Source: an uncultured bacterium (lineage in GTDB: Bacteria; Hinthialibacterota; Hinthialibacteria; Hinthialibacterales; Hinthialibacteraceae). From it: DNA of 64,000 nt. The stretch lies in contig CAZFER010000016.1 in NCBI GenBank assembly GCA_964517495.1, positions 31,564 through 95,563 on the forward strand, read 5' to 3'. The position numbers and the translations under genes were made by a program. The notes under the pieces were generated by a model that saw only the letters and a list, made by a program, of their open reading frames with translations, had not been told where the DNA came from and made no database searches. This document shows positions 49,042-60,162 of this stretch, one piece after another. Positions within the stretch are counted from its first letter, which is position 1. Each line of letters opens with the position of its first letter.

Positions 49042-49640
49042 AGTATCACCTCAGTCCGATCAAATATTTTGTGGTATCGATGAAAAAGAATGGTTTAGAT
49101 TTTATTTTTTTTGATTTTACCCAGAAGGGTGTCATACACACTTTCAGGCCGGCATTTCAATAAATCCAGTTGATATATGCCAAACATGACAAATCATTAA
49201 GCCGGAATAAACTTATCCAGCGAATTTTTCACTAACACCTTTGCCGAATGTTGGAACGATAAAAGCTGATTATTCGAAGATGTCGACACGGTATGTCATT
49301 TAAATAGGATAATTCATCTCTATACCGAAAGTATTCATTATAAAACCAATCCTGGATTATTGAAGGACACTGTCTGTTATGAAAATGGTTTCAATTTGTC
49401 TGAGTTCAAGCCTACTACGCTATTTCTAACCCTCCTCACGCATTTTTTATCACTATTCGCGTCTATTCGCTCCCAATAATGATGATAATGGCAGTGTGTT
49501 CGAATGTTATTATAAGCCAATGGTTCATTTTTTATCCAATCTATTAAATATCGTCTTCAAGTAAAGTTTTTTTAATTCATTTCCTTGCTTTCATTTTAAG
49601 CCTATATTACCCTTAACCCATTCAACCGGAGGCACCTATT

Positions 49641-50729
49641 GTGATGAACACGTTAAAAACCTTTATCACGTTTGGATTTTTTCTATTCTTAATCAATACA
49701 CCCCATGCTCAGCAGGAGAACTCAACCATGCTTCATGGCGCTTTCCAGCCGTTTGACTATCCCTTACCCGCTAATTCCAATGAATGGGAATCGAAAAAAG
49801 CAGAGCTAAGAAAAACCTTAAAACATCATTTCGGGAACCTTCCCCTCCTGTTCACTCCAAAACCGGAAATTTTATACACCAAATCGCAGGATGGATATAC
49901 CCTGGAAAAATTCACTTTCGACAACGGTGTTGGCCATACTGTGTATGGCTATCTCGTTATTCCTGATAAACGGGAAAAACCTGCGCCTGCCATCCTTTAT
50001 AACCACTATCACGGCGGGCAATATGACAACGGCAAAGAAGAGATATTTAAATCCTGGCCCACCGACACCCCTCCTGCCAAAGCATTCGCCGACCGAGGCT
50101 ACGTGGTGATGGCTATCGACGCTTACGCTTTCGGCGAACGCACCCACCAAGGCCCCGCCGGCCAGCGTGAATCCGGTGGAAGAACCGAAAGCGCCTTGTT
50201 TAAAAGCTTTCTGTGGCAAGCTACATCCCTGTGGGGTATGATGGTCCGTGATGACCAACTGGCGCTTAATTACCTGATTTCCCGTCCCGAAGTGGATCAG
50301 GACCGAATCGGTGCAACCGGCATGAGTATGGGCAGCACCCGCACCTGGTGGCTATCCGCCCTCGATCCACGTATCAAAGCCTCTGTGTGTGTCGCTTGCC
50401 TTACCCGATACCAGGATTTGATCAAAGAGGGTGAGGTTAACAAGCACGGCATTTATTATTATGTTCCCGATCTACTGGATACAGGTATCGATATGGAAGC
50501 GGTTGTAGGTTTGATCGCCCCCCGCCCCCTTCTTACTTTGACCGGTGATCAGGATGGCGGCTCCCCCATCAGTGGAGTAAACCACATCAACACCTTTGTC
50601 CAAAAAGTTTATGACCTTTACGGTGTGTCTGATCAATTCAAGGGCTTGGTTTACCCTGGCGTAGGCCACAAATACACGCCCGAAATGTGGGAAGAAACCT
50701 TGGCATGGTTTGAAAAGCATCTGAAATAG
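49641..50729 (+). CDS. Secreted alpha/beta hydrolase (dienelactone hydrolase/acetylxylan esterase-like)
   Basis: GMSMG nucleophile elbow, APRPLL, GVGH. Confidence 0.85.
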   Translation: MMNTLKTFITFGFFLFLINTPHAQQENSTMLHGAFQPFDYPLPANSNEWESKKAELRKTLKHHFGNLPLLFTPKPEILYTKSQDGYTLEKFTFDNGVGHTVYGYLVIPDKREKPAPAILYNHYHGGQYDNGKEEIFKSWPTDTPPAKAFADRGYVVMAIDAYAFGERTHQGPAGQRESGGRTESALFKSFLWQATSLWGMMVRDDQLALNYLISRPEVDQDRIGATGMSMGSTRTWWLSALDPRIKASVCVACLTRYQDLIKEGEVNKHGIYYYVPDLLDTGIDMEAVVGLIAPRPLLTLTGDQDGGSPISGVNHINTFVQKVYDLYGVSDQFKGLVYPGVGHKYTPEMWEETLAWFEKHLK

Positions 50730-50750
50730 AAATGAATAACAATTTTAAAT

Positions 50751-53700
50751 ATGAATCATGAAAGGTTATTTGATATGAAATCACCCTGCAACATTTTATA
50801 TCACACCATTCGCTGGATCTCCTTGATTTTAATAACCTTACTGGCGGTTTCTTCCTACGGAAACGATACCGTCCGCATGTGGGAGGAATCCCTCGTTTTG
50901 CCCACTTATCAAATGGGTGAGAATGAAGTCAATCCCATCTTCCGGCGTCCATTATCCTATCAAGGAGCCAGCAAGGTCATTTATCCCTATCCCTTGCAGG
51001 ATAAATTAACCAATAATCGTGAAGATCAAATCTATAAAGCGTTATATCTGGAAAATAAATACATCAAATTATGCATCCTCCCCGAGTTGGGAGGCCGCCT
51101 GTTTTATGCCACAGATAAAACCAACGATTACGAAATATTTTACCGCCAGCATGTTATCAAACCCTCCCAAATCGGGATGCTGGGGGCATGGATTTCTGGT
51201 GGAATCGAATGGTGTGTCTTTCATCATCATCGCGCGTCCACCTTTTTACCCGTCAACTATCGCCTGGTCTCAAACGATGATGGCAGCAAAAGCATCTGGA
51301 TTGGTGAAATCGAACCACGCCATCGCATGAAATGGAGCATCGGCATCACCCTTTCCCCGAATTCATCACTCATCAAAGCCACCATACGGATGTACAACCG
51401 CACCGATTACACCCACTCAATCCTATATTGGGCGAATGTCGCCACCCACGCCAACGATGATTATCAAATTTTCTTCCCACCCAGCACTGATTTTGGTGTG
51501 TTTCACGCCAAGAACGAATTTGTACATTGGCCCATCGCACGCACTCGTTATCGTGGTGTCGATTATAGAGGAGTGGATTTAAGCTGGTGGAAAAACCATC
51601 CCAAACCGGTATCCATTTTCGCCCATGATTTAAAAGACGGTTTTTTAGCCGGTTATGATCACGGCCAGGAAGCGGGTGTCGTCCATGTGGGAAATCCTCA
51701 TATCGTTACCGGTGCGAAATTATGGGAATGGGGGCCGGGTGAAGAAGGCAGCATGTGGGACACCAAAGTATTAACCGACAGCGATGGCCCCTACGCCGAA
51801 TTAATGACAGGCGCATACTCAGACAACCAACCCGATTACAGCTGGATAAAACCCCACGAAACCAAAGAAGCCATTCAACATTGGTATCCCCTTCGTGATC
51901 TCGGTGGAGTAAAAGCAGCGAATACCAAAGCCGCAATCAATCTGGAAGCAAGGGAAAATGGCAACCTTAAGTTCGGAGTCAATGTCACTGAACCATATCC
52001 CGATGCTCGAATTATCCTTTCCGCAAATGACACCGTTTTGTTCGAAAAACAAATCGACATCGATCCCGCCCACCCGTTCATCCATACGATAGAAATCTCA
52101 GATTCATTAAACAAATCCAACCTTGAATGCGCACTTTATACCAAAGACAACGAGTGCTTGATCCGTTATCAACCTGTCATAAAAGATGTCCCCGATGAAT
52201 TGCCCGATACGGTACAACCTCCCGCTTCACCTGAAAAAATTGAAACCATCGAAGAACTCTACATAACCGGATTACGTATCAAGCAATTCCATAATGCACG
52301 CCTCAATCCCCATGATTACTTTTTGGAAGCGCTTCAACGTGATCCTTCCGATTCACGATGTAATATCCAAATGGGCTTGGATGCCACTCAACGCGGTTTA
52401 TACGACAAAGCTGAGACATACTTTCAGACCGCCATTGATCGGCTTTCCAAAAATTATACCCGCCCTCGGGATTGTGAAGCATACTACCAATTAGGTTTAA
52501 TTCAAAAACGAAAAGACAACCCCCAAGCAGCGTATGACAATTTATACCGCGCTGTGTGGGATTTCGAATTCCGTGCTGCAGCCTATTTCAAGCTCGCCGA
52601 GATTGCCTGCTTGCAGAATAATTATGATGAAGCCCTCGACCATATAAATAACAGCTTGGCTGTCAATGCTCTCGATCCAAAAGCATTGGGACTAAAGAGT
52701 GCCATCTTACGGCACCTGGATCGCCACCAAGAGGCATTACGTGGTGTAAATCAAGCCCTTAAACTCGATCCTCTTGGTTTTCTGGCTAAACACGAGCGAA
52801 TCATATCCCTCGAAACGCTGAATCGAAATAAAAGGTTAAGTAAAGAGACTGCATCTTTTATAAAATTACTAAAAGATGATCCGGAATCGTATCTTGAAAT
52901 GGCGGCTGATTATATCAACGCCGGCTTTTGGAACGAAGCACTCAACATATTAAACCGTGCCGTTGATCTTCAAAAAGATGGTTTGAGTGATTATCCCACC
53001 ATCCATTATTACCTGGCATATTTATATCACCAAAATGGGAACAAGGAGAAAGTGGAAACATCACTCAAAACCGCCCAACAATGTCCTACAGACTACTGTT
53101 TCCCCTTTCGCCTGGAAACCATCGACATCCTGCAATTTGCCCTGGATAACAATTCACACGATGGACGTGCCAAATATTTCATGGGCAATCTCCTCTATGA
53201 CCGTCAGCCAGAAAAAGCGATCGAGTATTGGGAACAAAGCGTTAACGCTGAACCAACCTTGGCCATCGCCCACCGCAACCTGGGCTGGGGATACTATTAC
53301 GCCCTGGATGATATAACCAAAGCCATCAAATCATACCAACGCGCCGTGCAACTTAATCCAACCGACGCCCGTTATTACTACGAATTGGACCGGCTGCATG
53401 AACGCAACGGCACCTCAATCGCCCAACGCCTCGAACTGCTTGAAAACAACCATCAGGCCATTCAAACCAGTGAACCCGCTTTAATCCGTGAAATTATGGT
53501 TCTCGTGCAGGCGGGAAAATACGATAAAGCCATTGAGTATCTCAACACCTATTATTTCCACATTCAAGAAGGTAATCGCCGATTGCATGATACGTTTGTC
53601 GATGCCCATCTATTGCGAGGCCTGCACCGGTTTCATGGTGGCGATTATCAAAAAGCCCTTGATGATTTCTTGATCGCCAATACCTATCCCGAAAATCATC

Positions 53701-54161
53701 AGGTAGGACGTGATCCAAACTATAACCGAAATGCTGAAATCGACTGCCTGATCGGTTTTGCCTATCAAGCGTTGAATAAATTGGAAAAAGCCAATACTCA
53801 TTTTCGCCAGGCCGTCGAACATTCAATCCATAGTTACGATGATCCCACCTATCTCTATTACCAGGGAGTGGCCTATCGTGAGTTGGGAGAAGAAGAAAAG
53901 GCAAACCACCAATTCTCTCAATTGGAAAAAGCCGGCAAACGTATTCTCGACCGTGCCGATCAAACCGACTTCTTCACCAAATTCGGTGAAGGTGATCCAG
54001 CCAATGTGCGTAAAGCAATAGGCCATTTGGCCATCGGCCTCAGTTATGAGGGCCGCAATAAACCAAAACAGGCAAAAGCCTCTTTCAAACAAGCCATTCA
54101 AGCCGATATCAATAACCTCTGGGCACACTACTACTTGGAATATGGGTCAGGACGTCAATAA
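50751..54161 (+). CDS. DUF5107 domain plus tetratricopeptide repeat protein
   Basis: LENKYI...LPELGGR, GAWISGGIEW, YAELMTGAYSDNQPD, then many TPRs. Confidence 0.85.
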   Translation: MNHERLFDMKSPCNILYHTIRWISLILITLLAVSSYGNDTVRMWEESLVLPTYQMGENEVNPIFRRPLSYQGASKVIYPYPLQDKLTNNREDQIYKALYLENKYIKLCILPELGGRLFYATDKTNDYEIFYRQHVIKPSQIGMLGAWISGGIEWCVFHHHRASTFLPVNYRLVSNDDGSKSIWIGEIEPRHRMKWSIGITLSPNSSLIKATIRMYNRTDYTHSILYWANVATHANDDYQIFFPPSTDFGVFHAKNEFVHWPIARTRYRGVDYRGVDLSWWKNHPKPVSIFAHDLKDGFLAGYDHGQEAGVVHVGNPHIVTGAKLWEWGPGEEGSMWDTKVLTDSDGPYAELMTGAYSDNQPDYSWIKPHETKEAIQHWYPLRDLGGVKAANTKAAINLEARENGNLKFGVNVTEPYPDARIILSANDTVLFEKQIDIDPAHPFIHTIEISDSLNKSNLECALYTKDNECLIRYQPVIKDVPDELPDTVQPPASPEKIETIEELYITGLRIKQFHNARLNPHDYFLEALQRDPSDSRCNIQMGLDATQRGLYDKAETYFQTAIDRLSKNYTRPRDCEAYYQLGLIQKRKDNPQAAYDNLYRAVWDFEFRAAAYFKLAEIACLQNNYDEALDHINNSLAVNALDPKALGLKSAILRHLDRHQEALRGVNQALKLDPLGFLAKHERIISLETLNRNKRLSKETASFIKLLKDDPESYLEMAADYINAGFWNEALNILNRAVDLQKDGLSDYPTIHYYLAYLYHQNGNKEKVETSLKTAQQCPTDYCFPFRLETIDILQFALDNNSHDGRAKYFMGNLLYDRQPEKAIEYWEQSVNAEPTLAIAHRNLGWGYYYALDDITKAIKSYQRAVQLNPTDARYYYELDRLHERNGTSIAQRLELLENNHQAIQTSEPALIREIMVLVQAGKYDKAIEYLNTYYFHIQEGNRRLHDTFVDAHLLRGLHRFHGGDYQKALDDFLIANTYPENHQVGRDPNYNRNAEIDCLIGFAYQALNKLEKANTHFRQAVEHSIHSYDDPTYLYYQGVAYRELGEEEKANHQFSQLEKAGKRILDRADQTDFFTKFGEGDPANVRKAIGHLAIGLSYEGRNKPKQAKASFKQAIQADINNLWAHYYLEYGSGRQ

Positions 54162-54230
54162 AACCACACTTTGTAATAAGCGCATGGTGCTTTGGAGTAC
54201 CTCCTATGCCCCATGTGCTTTTCTAATACA

Positions 54231-54296
54231 GGGAGGGCAAGGCTCCCGCCGAGCCGTTTCCACGTATAACGGCTGGGCAGGAGCCTCGCCCCCCCC
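54231..54296. repeat. REP doublet, GGAGGGCxAGGCTCCCGCCGAGCC type
   Basis: GGGAGGGCAAGGCTCCCGCCGAGCCGTT ... AACGGCTGGGCAGGAGCCTCGCCCCCCC. Confidence 0.7.
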
Positions 54297-54313
54297 TTTA
54301 ACATAATGACATT

Positions 54314-54338
54314 GGGGGTTGACTCTATGTGTCAACCC
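54314..54338. repeat. Single REP hairpin of the 8413 family
   Basis: GGGGGTTGACTCTATGTGTCAACCC, close to the reverse complement of 8446-8472. Confidence 0.6.
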
Positions 54339-54379
54339 ATTTGTCAAGACAATCTCTGCGTGTTCGTCCTATGGTGTGA

Positions 54380-57300
54380 CAACGCATTCAAAAGCATCTT
54401 GATGAGTGTTCGTCCACATTAAAATTCAACCCTCATGATCTCACCGCTTCTGAATTAAACGCCATCGTCAAGTTTGCCCGGCTACTGCTTGAACGACCAA
54501 TTCCAAACCGTGTTTTATTGGAACGAACCTCATGGGATACGACCAAAAGCCGGATTCAATCATGGATCGAAACCGGACAAAAAAGGGATAAAGGGCGCAA
54601 TCTTATTTTTTCCCATTTCAAAGAGGCTATTTTATCTCAGGATCTTGATGAGATACATGAAAATCTGAATCGAATGCTTTCCTCCTCCCCGCCCATGTCA
54701 TGGTGGTATTGGTTTAAGTGTTTTCGTGCCTTAAAACGATTGGCAAAACAAAAACTCCCTGCAAGCAAAAAGTGGATTGAGTATATCGAAACCGCCCAAA
54801 CCGTTAATCAATGCAACCGTGAACTCGAACATGACCAGCATGAAGCCACCCAGTGCCTTGGCGAACTCTGGCACGGTGGCGAAGCCAATTGGGAAACAGT
54901 ACAACAACACATGCATTGGGTTGACCGGTTTCGAAATCTTTGGTCTTTCATCCCTGCACAGGATTTTGATGCGAAAAAACAAATCAAAGACCGCTGGATT
55001 CAACTGGCAACGGATATGCGCGATCAAGTCAAATCAGATTCCGCCCTTGGTAAAACATTGGCACAACTGGCTACGGAACATAATGCATTGGAATCAAAAC
55101 GCCATGAACTGAATGAATGCCTTCACTTAAATGAAAATCTATTCTGGGGAGATCCAGAAGAGAAACAATTCCTTTCCCGTATCGAATCATCTATTCAAAA
55201 ATGCCTCAATAACCAAAAGCAATTTGCACCATGGTGTGGTTATGTTGACCGCCGCCAAAAGATGAAAGACGTGGAACTCGATAATCTAGTCCAGCGTTTT
55301 GAAGAAGACGGTTTCCCCATTGAAAAAATGATTCCTGTATTTGAACATTCCTTCTATCGCCACTGCTGGAACCACATACTTGAAATATATCCCGAATTCA
55401 GCCAATTCCAAAGTTACGAACAGAACCGCAAAATCAAACGGTTTAACGAACAAGATCGACAATATTTAGGTTTAGCCCGACAACAGGTTCAAAGCCAACT
55501 CAGCCAGGATGTCCCCAATCTTGAACATGCCACCGATCATTCCGGAACCGGAATCATCCGCCGTGAAATCAAGAAAAAACAAAGGCACAAACCCATACGA
55601 AAATTAATTCAAGAAGTCGGTCCCACTATATTCAAAATCAAGCCTTGCTTTTTAATGAGCCCTCTCTCAGTCGTCCAATATTTGGACCTGGAACTTCAAC
55701 CCTTCGACATGGTCATTTTTGATGAAGCCTCCCAAATTCCCGTCTGGGATGCGGTCTGTACATTGGCACGAGGAAAACAGGCCGTCGTTGTTGGGGATAG
55801 CAAACAATTACCTCCCACCAATTTCTTCGAAAAAACAATTGATGTGGATAATACCGAACAGGGGAATGAAGATGATATTCAGGATATGGAAAGCATTCTC
55901 GACGAATTTGAAGCCTCCAATTTTCCTAACTATCGCCTGCGCTGGCACTATCGAAGCCGCCATGAACACCTCATTGCGTTTAGCAATTATCAATATTACG
56001 ACAACCACTTGATTACATTCCCTTCCGCCCGGGAAAAACATCCTCACCTGGGCGTTGATTTGATCCATCTGCCGGATGCGATTTATGATCGCTCCAAAAC
56101 CCGGACCAACCAACTGGAAGCGGAAGTGATTGTTGAAAAAATCATCGAACAGCTTAACAATCCAGAACGATGCCATAAAAGCATTGGCATTGTAACCATG
56201 AACCAGGCCCAGCAAACCTTAATCGAGGATCTACTGGACAAAGCCCGCCGGGAGAACCCGGACATTGAACGATTCTTTAACTCAGGGAATGACGATCAGT
56301 CCGTGCCAGAAGCAATCATCATCAAAAATCTTGAAAATGTGCAAGGCGATGAGCGCGATATCATCTTCCTCTCCATCACCTATGGCCCCGATTCCCATGG
56401 AAAAATCTCGATGCACTTCGGCCCCATGAATCGCGATGGAGGCGAGCGTCGATTAAACGTGGCCATAACCCGGGCACGTGAGAAAGTGTATCTGGTTAGT
56501 TCATTATTAGCGGAACAAATTGATACAAGCAAAACACGCTCGCGGGGTGTTCGAGATTTAAAAACCTATTTGGAATACGCCCAAAAAGGCCCTAAAGCCA
56601 TTGCTGAAGCCTTAATACTTTCAGAAAATCATGATTTTGAATCACCACTTGAAAAAGAAATATTTTCTGAATTGACCGCTCGGGGCTGGAACGTGGATAC
56701 ACAGATCGGATGTTCAGGCTATCGAATCGATATCGCCGTAAAACATCCCCAAGAGCCTGGACGCTATTTATTGGGGATTGAATGCGATGGAGCCTTCTAC
56801 CACACCTCACGAGTCGCACGAGAACGCGACCGGTTGCGCGAAACAGTTTTAAGCTCTTTAGGCTGGAATATCCATCGTGTCTGGTCAACCGATTGGTGGC
56901 GGGATCGGGAAAGTGAAATGAATAAAATTGAAGACAATTTAAATCGCTTACTAAATCTCTCCACATCATCTAAACCTAAATCGATTGTAATTAAAAAAAC
57001 CACACATCCTGTCCCGGGAAAACCAACAGAACCAGAGCCTCAACAACGCTACGCCCATCAAAGTGTTTCAACCCCAACACCGTCCAAACCAGCTTTACCC
57101 CCAAACGCCGAGTATTTTAAACCATTTGATGAACAGGCATATGTTATACACGCCGATGCAAAAGATTTCCACGAAAAATCCTCTAACAAATTGATAACTG
57201 ATTTGATTGTAAAAATTGTAGAAACAGAAGGTCCAATCGTATTCGAGCGCCTTGCCCGCCTGATTTCCCGCGTATGGGGAATTAGCCGGAAGGGTAGCCG

Positions 57301-57670
57301 TATTCAAGAGCGTATAAAACAACGCATCCCCAAACGGTCAATTTACTTCTTCGAAGATCGAGGACACCAGTTCTATCATTTGAAAAAACGCCCCCTTGAA
57401 GACCTGACAGGATACAGAATCCCACAAAATGACAAAGATGAAAAACGTAAGTTCGAAGAAATTCCTACCAAAGAAATCCAAAATGCAGCCATTTCAATTC
57501 TAACTCAACAGGTTCAAATCCCCAAATCAGACCTCATTCTCGAAGTCGCCCGAACCTTTGGTTACCAACGAGCCGGCACATCATCCAAAAATGAAATTGA
57601 AACTTGCATACAAATATTAATTCAAGATGGAAAGATTATCGATGATGAAAACCAATACCTATTGCCATAA
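54380..57670 (+). pseudogene. N-terminally truncated SF1 helicase (AAA_12), Vsr/DUF559-like nuclease and DUF3320 gene (DUF4011/Hhe-like family)
   Basis: CFLMSPLSV, FDEASQ, VGDSKQLPP, WHYRS, VQGDERD, LNVAITRAR, GYRIDIAV, GIECDG..YH, RVWSTDWW are present. No Walker A motif. The frame is open from 54380 with no clear start or RBS (first TTG at 54518). Confidence 0.75.
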
Positions 57671-57693
57671 CAACCTTATTCCCATTTAGAGCA

Positions 57694-59358
57694 TTAACGC
57701 GCATGAATCGAGGATATACCCCCATTTTGAGGTATATGCAGGTAATCCGGCAACACACACAACGTCTCCCCATGCTGCCCGATAGCCCGATAGGCCCCAT
57801 TCAATATTTCAAGCGCATCCTGCACTTTTCTCGGTGAGGGGAATAGGCTGGAATTCTTCAGGCAGAGTTGTTTGAGTTTATCCTTGGGGATGCACAAACC
57901 CAAACGGCAGAATTGTTCATATATAAAAAAAAGCTGCTTGCGAGTATCCGTATCGGTTTCATAATCCAACACTTCCTTCAAGGGCGCCAACGCCTCACGC
58001 CGGGCATCCGGTGAAAGCCGGTCCTGCTCTTTCACCATCAAGGCCTCTTCCAGGGCCAAAGCACGGCGCAAATCATTGACAAAATCCTTCTGCGTCATCG
58101 CACGCTTGCTTAACTTTTGCCTCGAAAGCCCCAGTTCAACTGCGCGCCTCAATACATTCTCTCGAATATTGAAACCCCAGTGCGCACGATAAAGCCGGGC
58201 ATAATTCTCCTTGAGAAAATTAACCGTCTGTTTTAAATGCTCTAACGAATGATTCTTCCGCGTACGCGCATAGGCTTCCGCGGTATCCCGGCTGACCCCC
58301 TCTTGATTCACCAAATAATTACATATTGATATCTCCGCCTTGCTTTGCGCCTGACCATTTTTTCGTAGAAGCTTTCGAATGGTTCGTTTCCCCCCCATCA
58401 AATCCGATATCGCCAACTTGCCATTCGCCAGTTTTAGCAAATTTTTCATGGTCTGATAGGTGGCTCGGGCCGAAATATAATCCACTTGCTGCGGAGAAGC
58501 CCCTAATTTCAACAACAAATCACGACGCTTTTCATAATCAGACTGCCGCTGTTTGCTCCTCTGAAGATGCTCTTTCAAACGTGAATAATTGGCCTTCAAC
58601 CGATTTGGCTCTACATAACGTAATTCAGCCATCAGCAAATCAGTCTTCTTCTTCAGCATATCCATGCTTGATTGGCTGACCAAAAACTCCAGATCATTCT
58701 CCGTAAAAGGAGGGCATACCTTGTTCCCATCCGCTAATTTTTCCAAAAATTCATACTTTTCTCGCCGGTCATTCGGCCACAGATTCCCACGTTTGGCCCG
58801 GGCACTTGATCGATTCTTGACTTTTACCATCGAAAGGGTCAATTCCGGTGTATGAACAAATGATCCCACATCCCGATACAATGCGATTTTCTTACTGAAA
58901 CGCTTAACCGCATCAGCATTTTGAAACCGGTCATCCACTTCAAGTTGTTCCATCAGTTCCCGGCATTTCTCTTCCCCGCCAGCTAAAACATCATCGAGAA
59001 AGTTTATATGCTTCTGCAAAAGAAAATCCGCCAAATATTCTCGAATATGCCGGCTTACACGCCGATAAATCTCTTCATTTTCCGGATTTTTTTGGATCAT
59101 GTCGGTTTCAACGTCATGAACAACGTCCAACACCGCTTTGGCATCATCATCTTTTGTGATGGGATGAGGTAATTTGATTGAATTCTCTTTGAAATATTTT
59201 CTTACTTTTTCTTTCGATTGTTTGTAGGTTTGAACCTTTTTTTCATCAATTGATTCGATAGACCTCATAAAACTGCTCTTCATTTTTTTCCATTTTGATG
59301 TGTCCACCCCGAATATTAATGGAAAATTCTTATTGGAGTATTGCTTCTGCCTTACCAT
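57694..59358 (-). CDS. Hypothetical basic helical protein (554 aa)
   Basis: Long ORF, AAGGGGGA RBS, Lys/Arg-rich; no family recognised with confidence. Confidence 0.8.
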   Translation of the reverse strand: MVRQKQYSNKNFPLIFGVDTSKWKKMKSSFMRSIESIDEKKVQTYKQSKEKVRKYFKENSIKLPHPITKDDDAKAVLDVVHDVETDMIQKNPENEEIYRRVSRHIREYLADFLLQKHINFLDDVLAGGEEKCRELMEQLEVDDRFQNADAVKRFSKKIALYRDVGSFVHTPELTLSMVKVKNRSSARAKRGNLWPNDRREKYEFLEKLADGNKVCPPFTENDLEFLVSQSSMDMLKKKTDLLMAELRYVEPNRLKANYSRLKEHLQRSKQRQSDYEKRRDLLLKLGASPQQVDYISARATYQTMKNLLKLANGKLAISDLMGGKRTIRKLLRKNGQAQSKAEISICNYLVNQEGVSRDTAEAYARTRKNHSLEHLKQTVNFLKENYARLYRAHWGFNIRENVLRRAVELGLSRQKLSKRAMTQKDFVNDLRRALALEEALMVKEQDRLSPDARREALAPLKEVLDYETDTDTRKQLFFIYEQFCRLGLCIPKDKLKQLCLKNSSLFPSPRKVQDALEILNGAYRAIGQHGETLCVLPDYLHIPQNGGISSIHAR

Positions 59359-59823
59359 AACAAAATAGATCCCCCTTATCTAATATAAATAATATGAGGC
59401 ACTTAAATCAATTTCCCCCTAAAATGGGAACCTTGGCCTCATTTAATTATACCTAATAATGAGTATATTTGTCAATAAAGTAATTTATAAATTACATTAT
59501 TTATTTAATCAAATTTATAAATTTTAATTGATTTTTGAAAAAAATGAGCAGAAATTAACTTTATTCAGTACCTAAGCGTTTTGATTTATCAAAATTAAGA
59601 GGGTTTATTAAGCAGAATTCAGTTTTCATGGATGACTTGCAAATAAAGAAATTTTGAGGTGCTTAATTAAAGAAAATAGATTAATGCAGATATGATCGCT
59701 TACCAATTTGGAGTTTTTTTATTAGAATTGATCACATCAAATTATCAATCCCAATTAGAGTTACAAAAATTATATTGAAAAATACATATAAGCAACTCAC
59801 AACACTGAAGTTAAACCACAATC

Positions 59824-60162
59824 ATGATCATTCAAAAGCAAATAATCCATAATGTATTAGTCCTCCAACTGGAAGGGGAGATCACTATGGAAACCTTTCA
59901 GGAGTTTGTTGAATTCATGAACGATGTTGTCAAACACAAAATCCCCCGTATTCTGTTGAATTTCTCTAAAATAGATTATATCAACAGTTTAGGTATAAGG
60001 GCGTTGATGCGAATCATCATGGAAACTCAGGAAAACAACGGCCACTTGGCTTTCTGTGGCTTAAATCAGCATCTCATCGATACCTTTGAAACTATCAGCC
60101 TCGACAAAGTCATTAAATTCTTTGAAGAAGAGAACGATGGGATCGAATATTTAAAAAATTAA
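59824..60162 (+). CDS. STAS domain anti-sigma factor antagonist
   Basis: LEGEI...ILLNFSKIDYINSLGIRAL...LAFCGLN...FETISLD. Confidence 0.9.
   Translation: MIIQKQIIHNVLVLQLEGEITMETFQEFVEFMNDVVKHKIPRILLNFSKIDYINSLGIRALMRIIMETQENNGHLAFCGLNQHLIDTFETISLDKVIKFFEEENDGIEYLKN

Noticed and set aside
49042-49640. 600-bp intergenic region as a possible riboswitch, sRNA or leader for aroF
   Set aside because: I could not find a T-box, aromatic-rich leader peptide, strong hairpin or credible ORF by eye; probably divergent promoters
59359-59823. AT-rich region as a replication origin or repeat array
   Set aside because: No DnaA-box cluster or iterons seen; only weak similarity between TGAGGCACTTAA and TGAGGTGCTTAA
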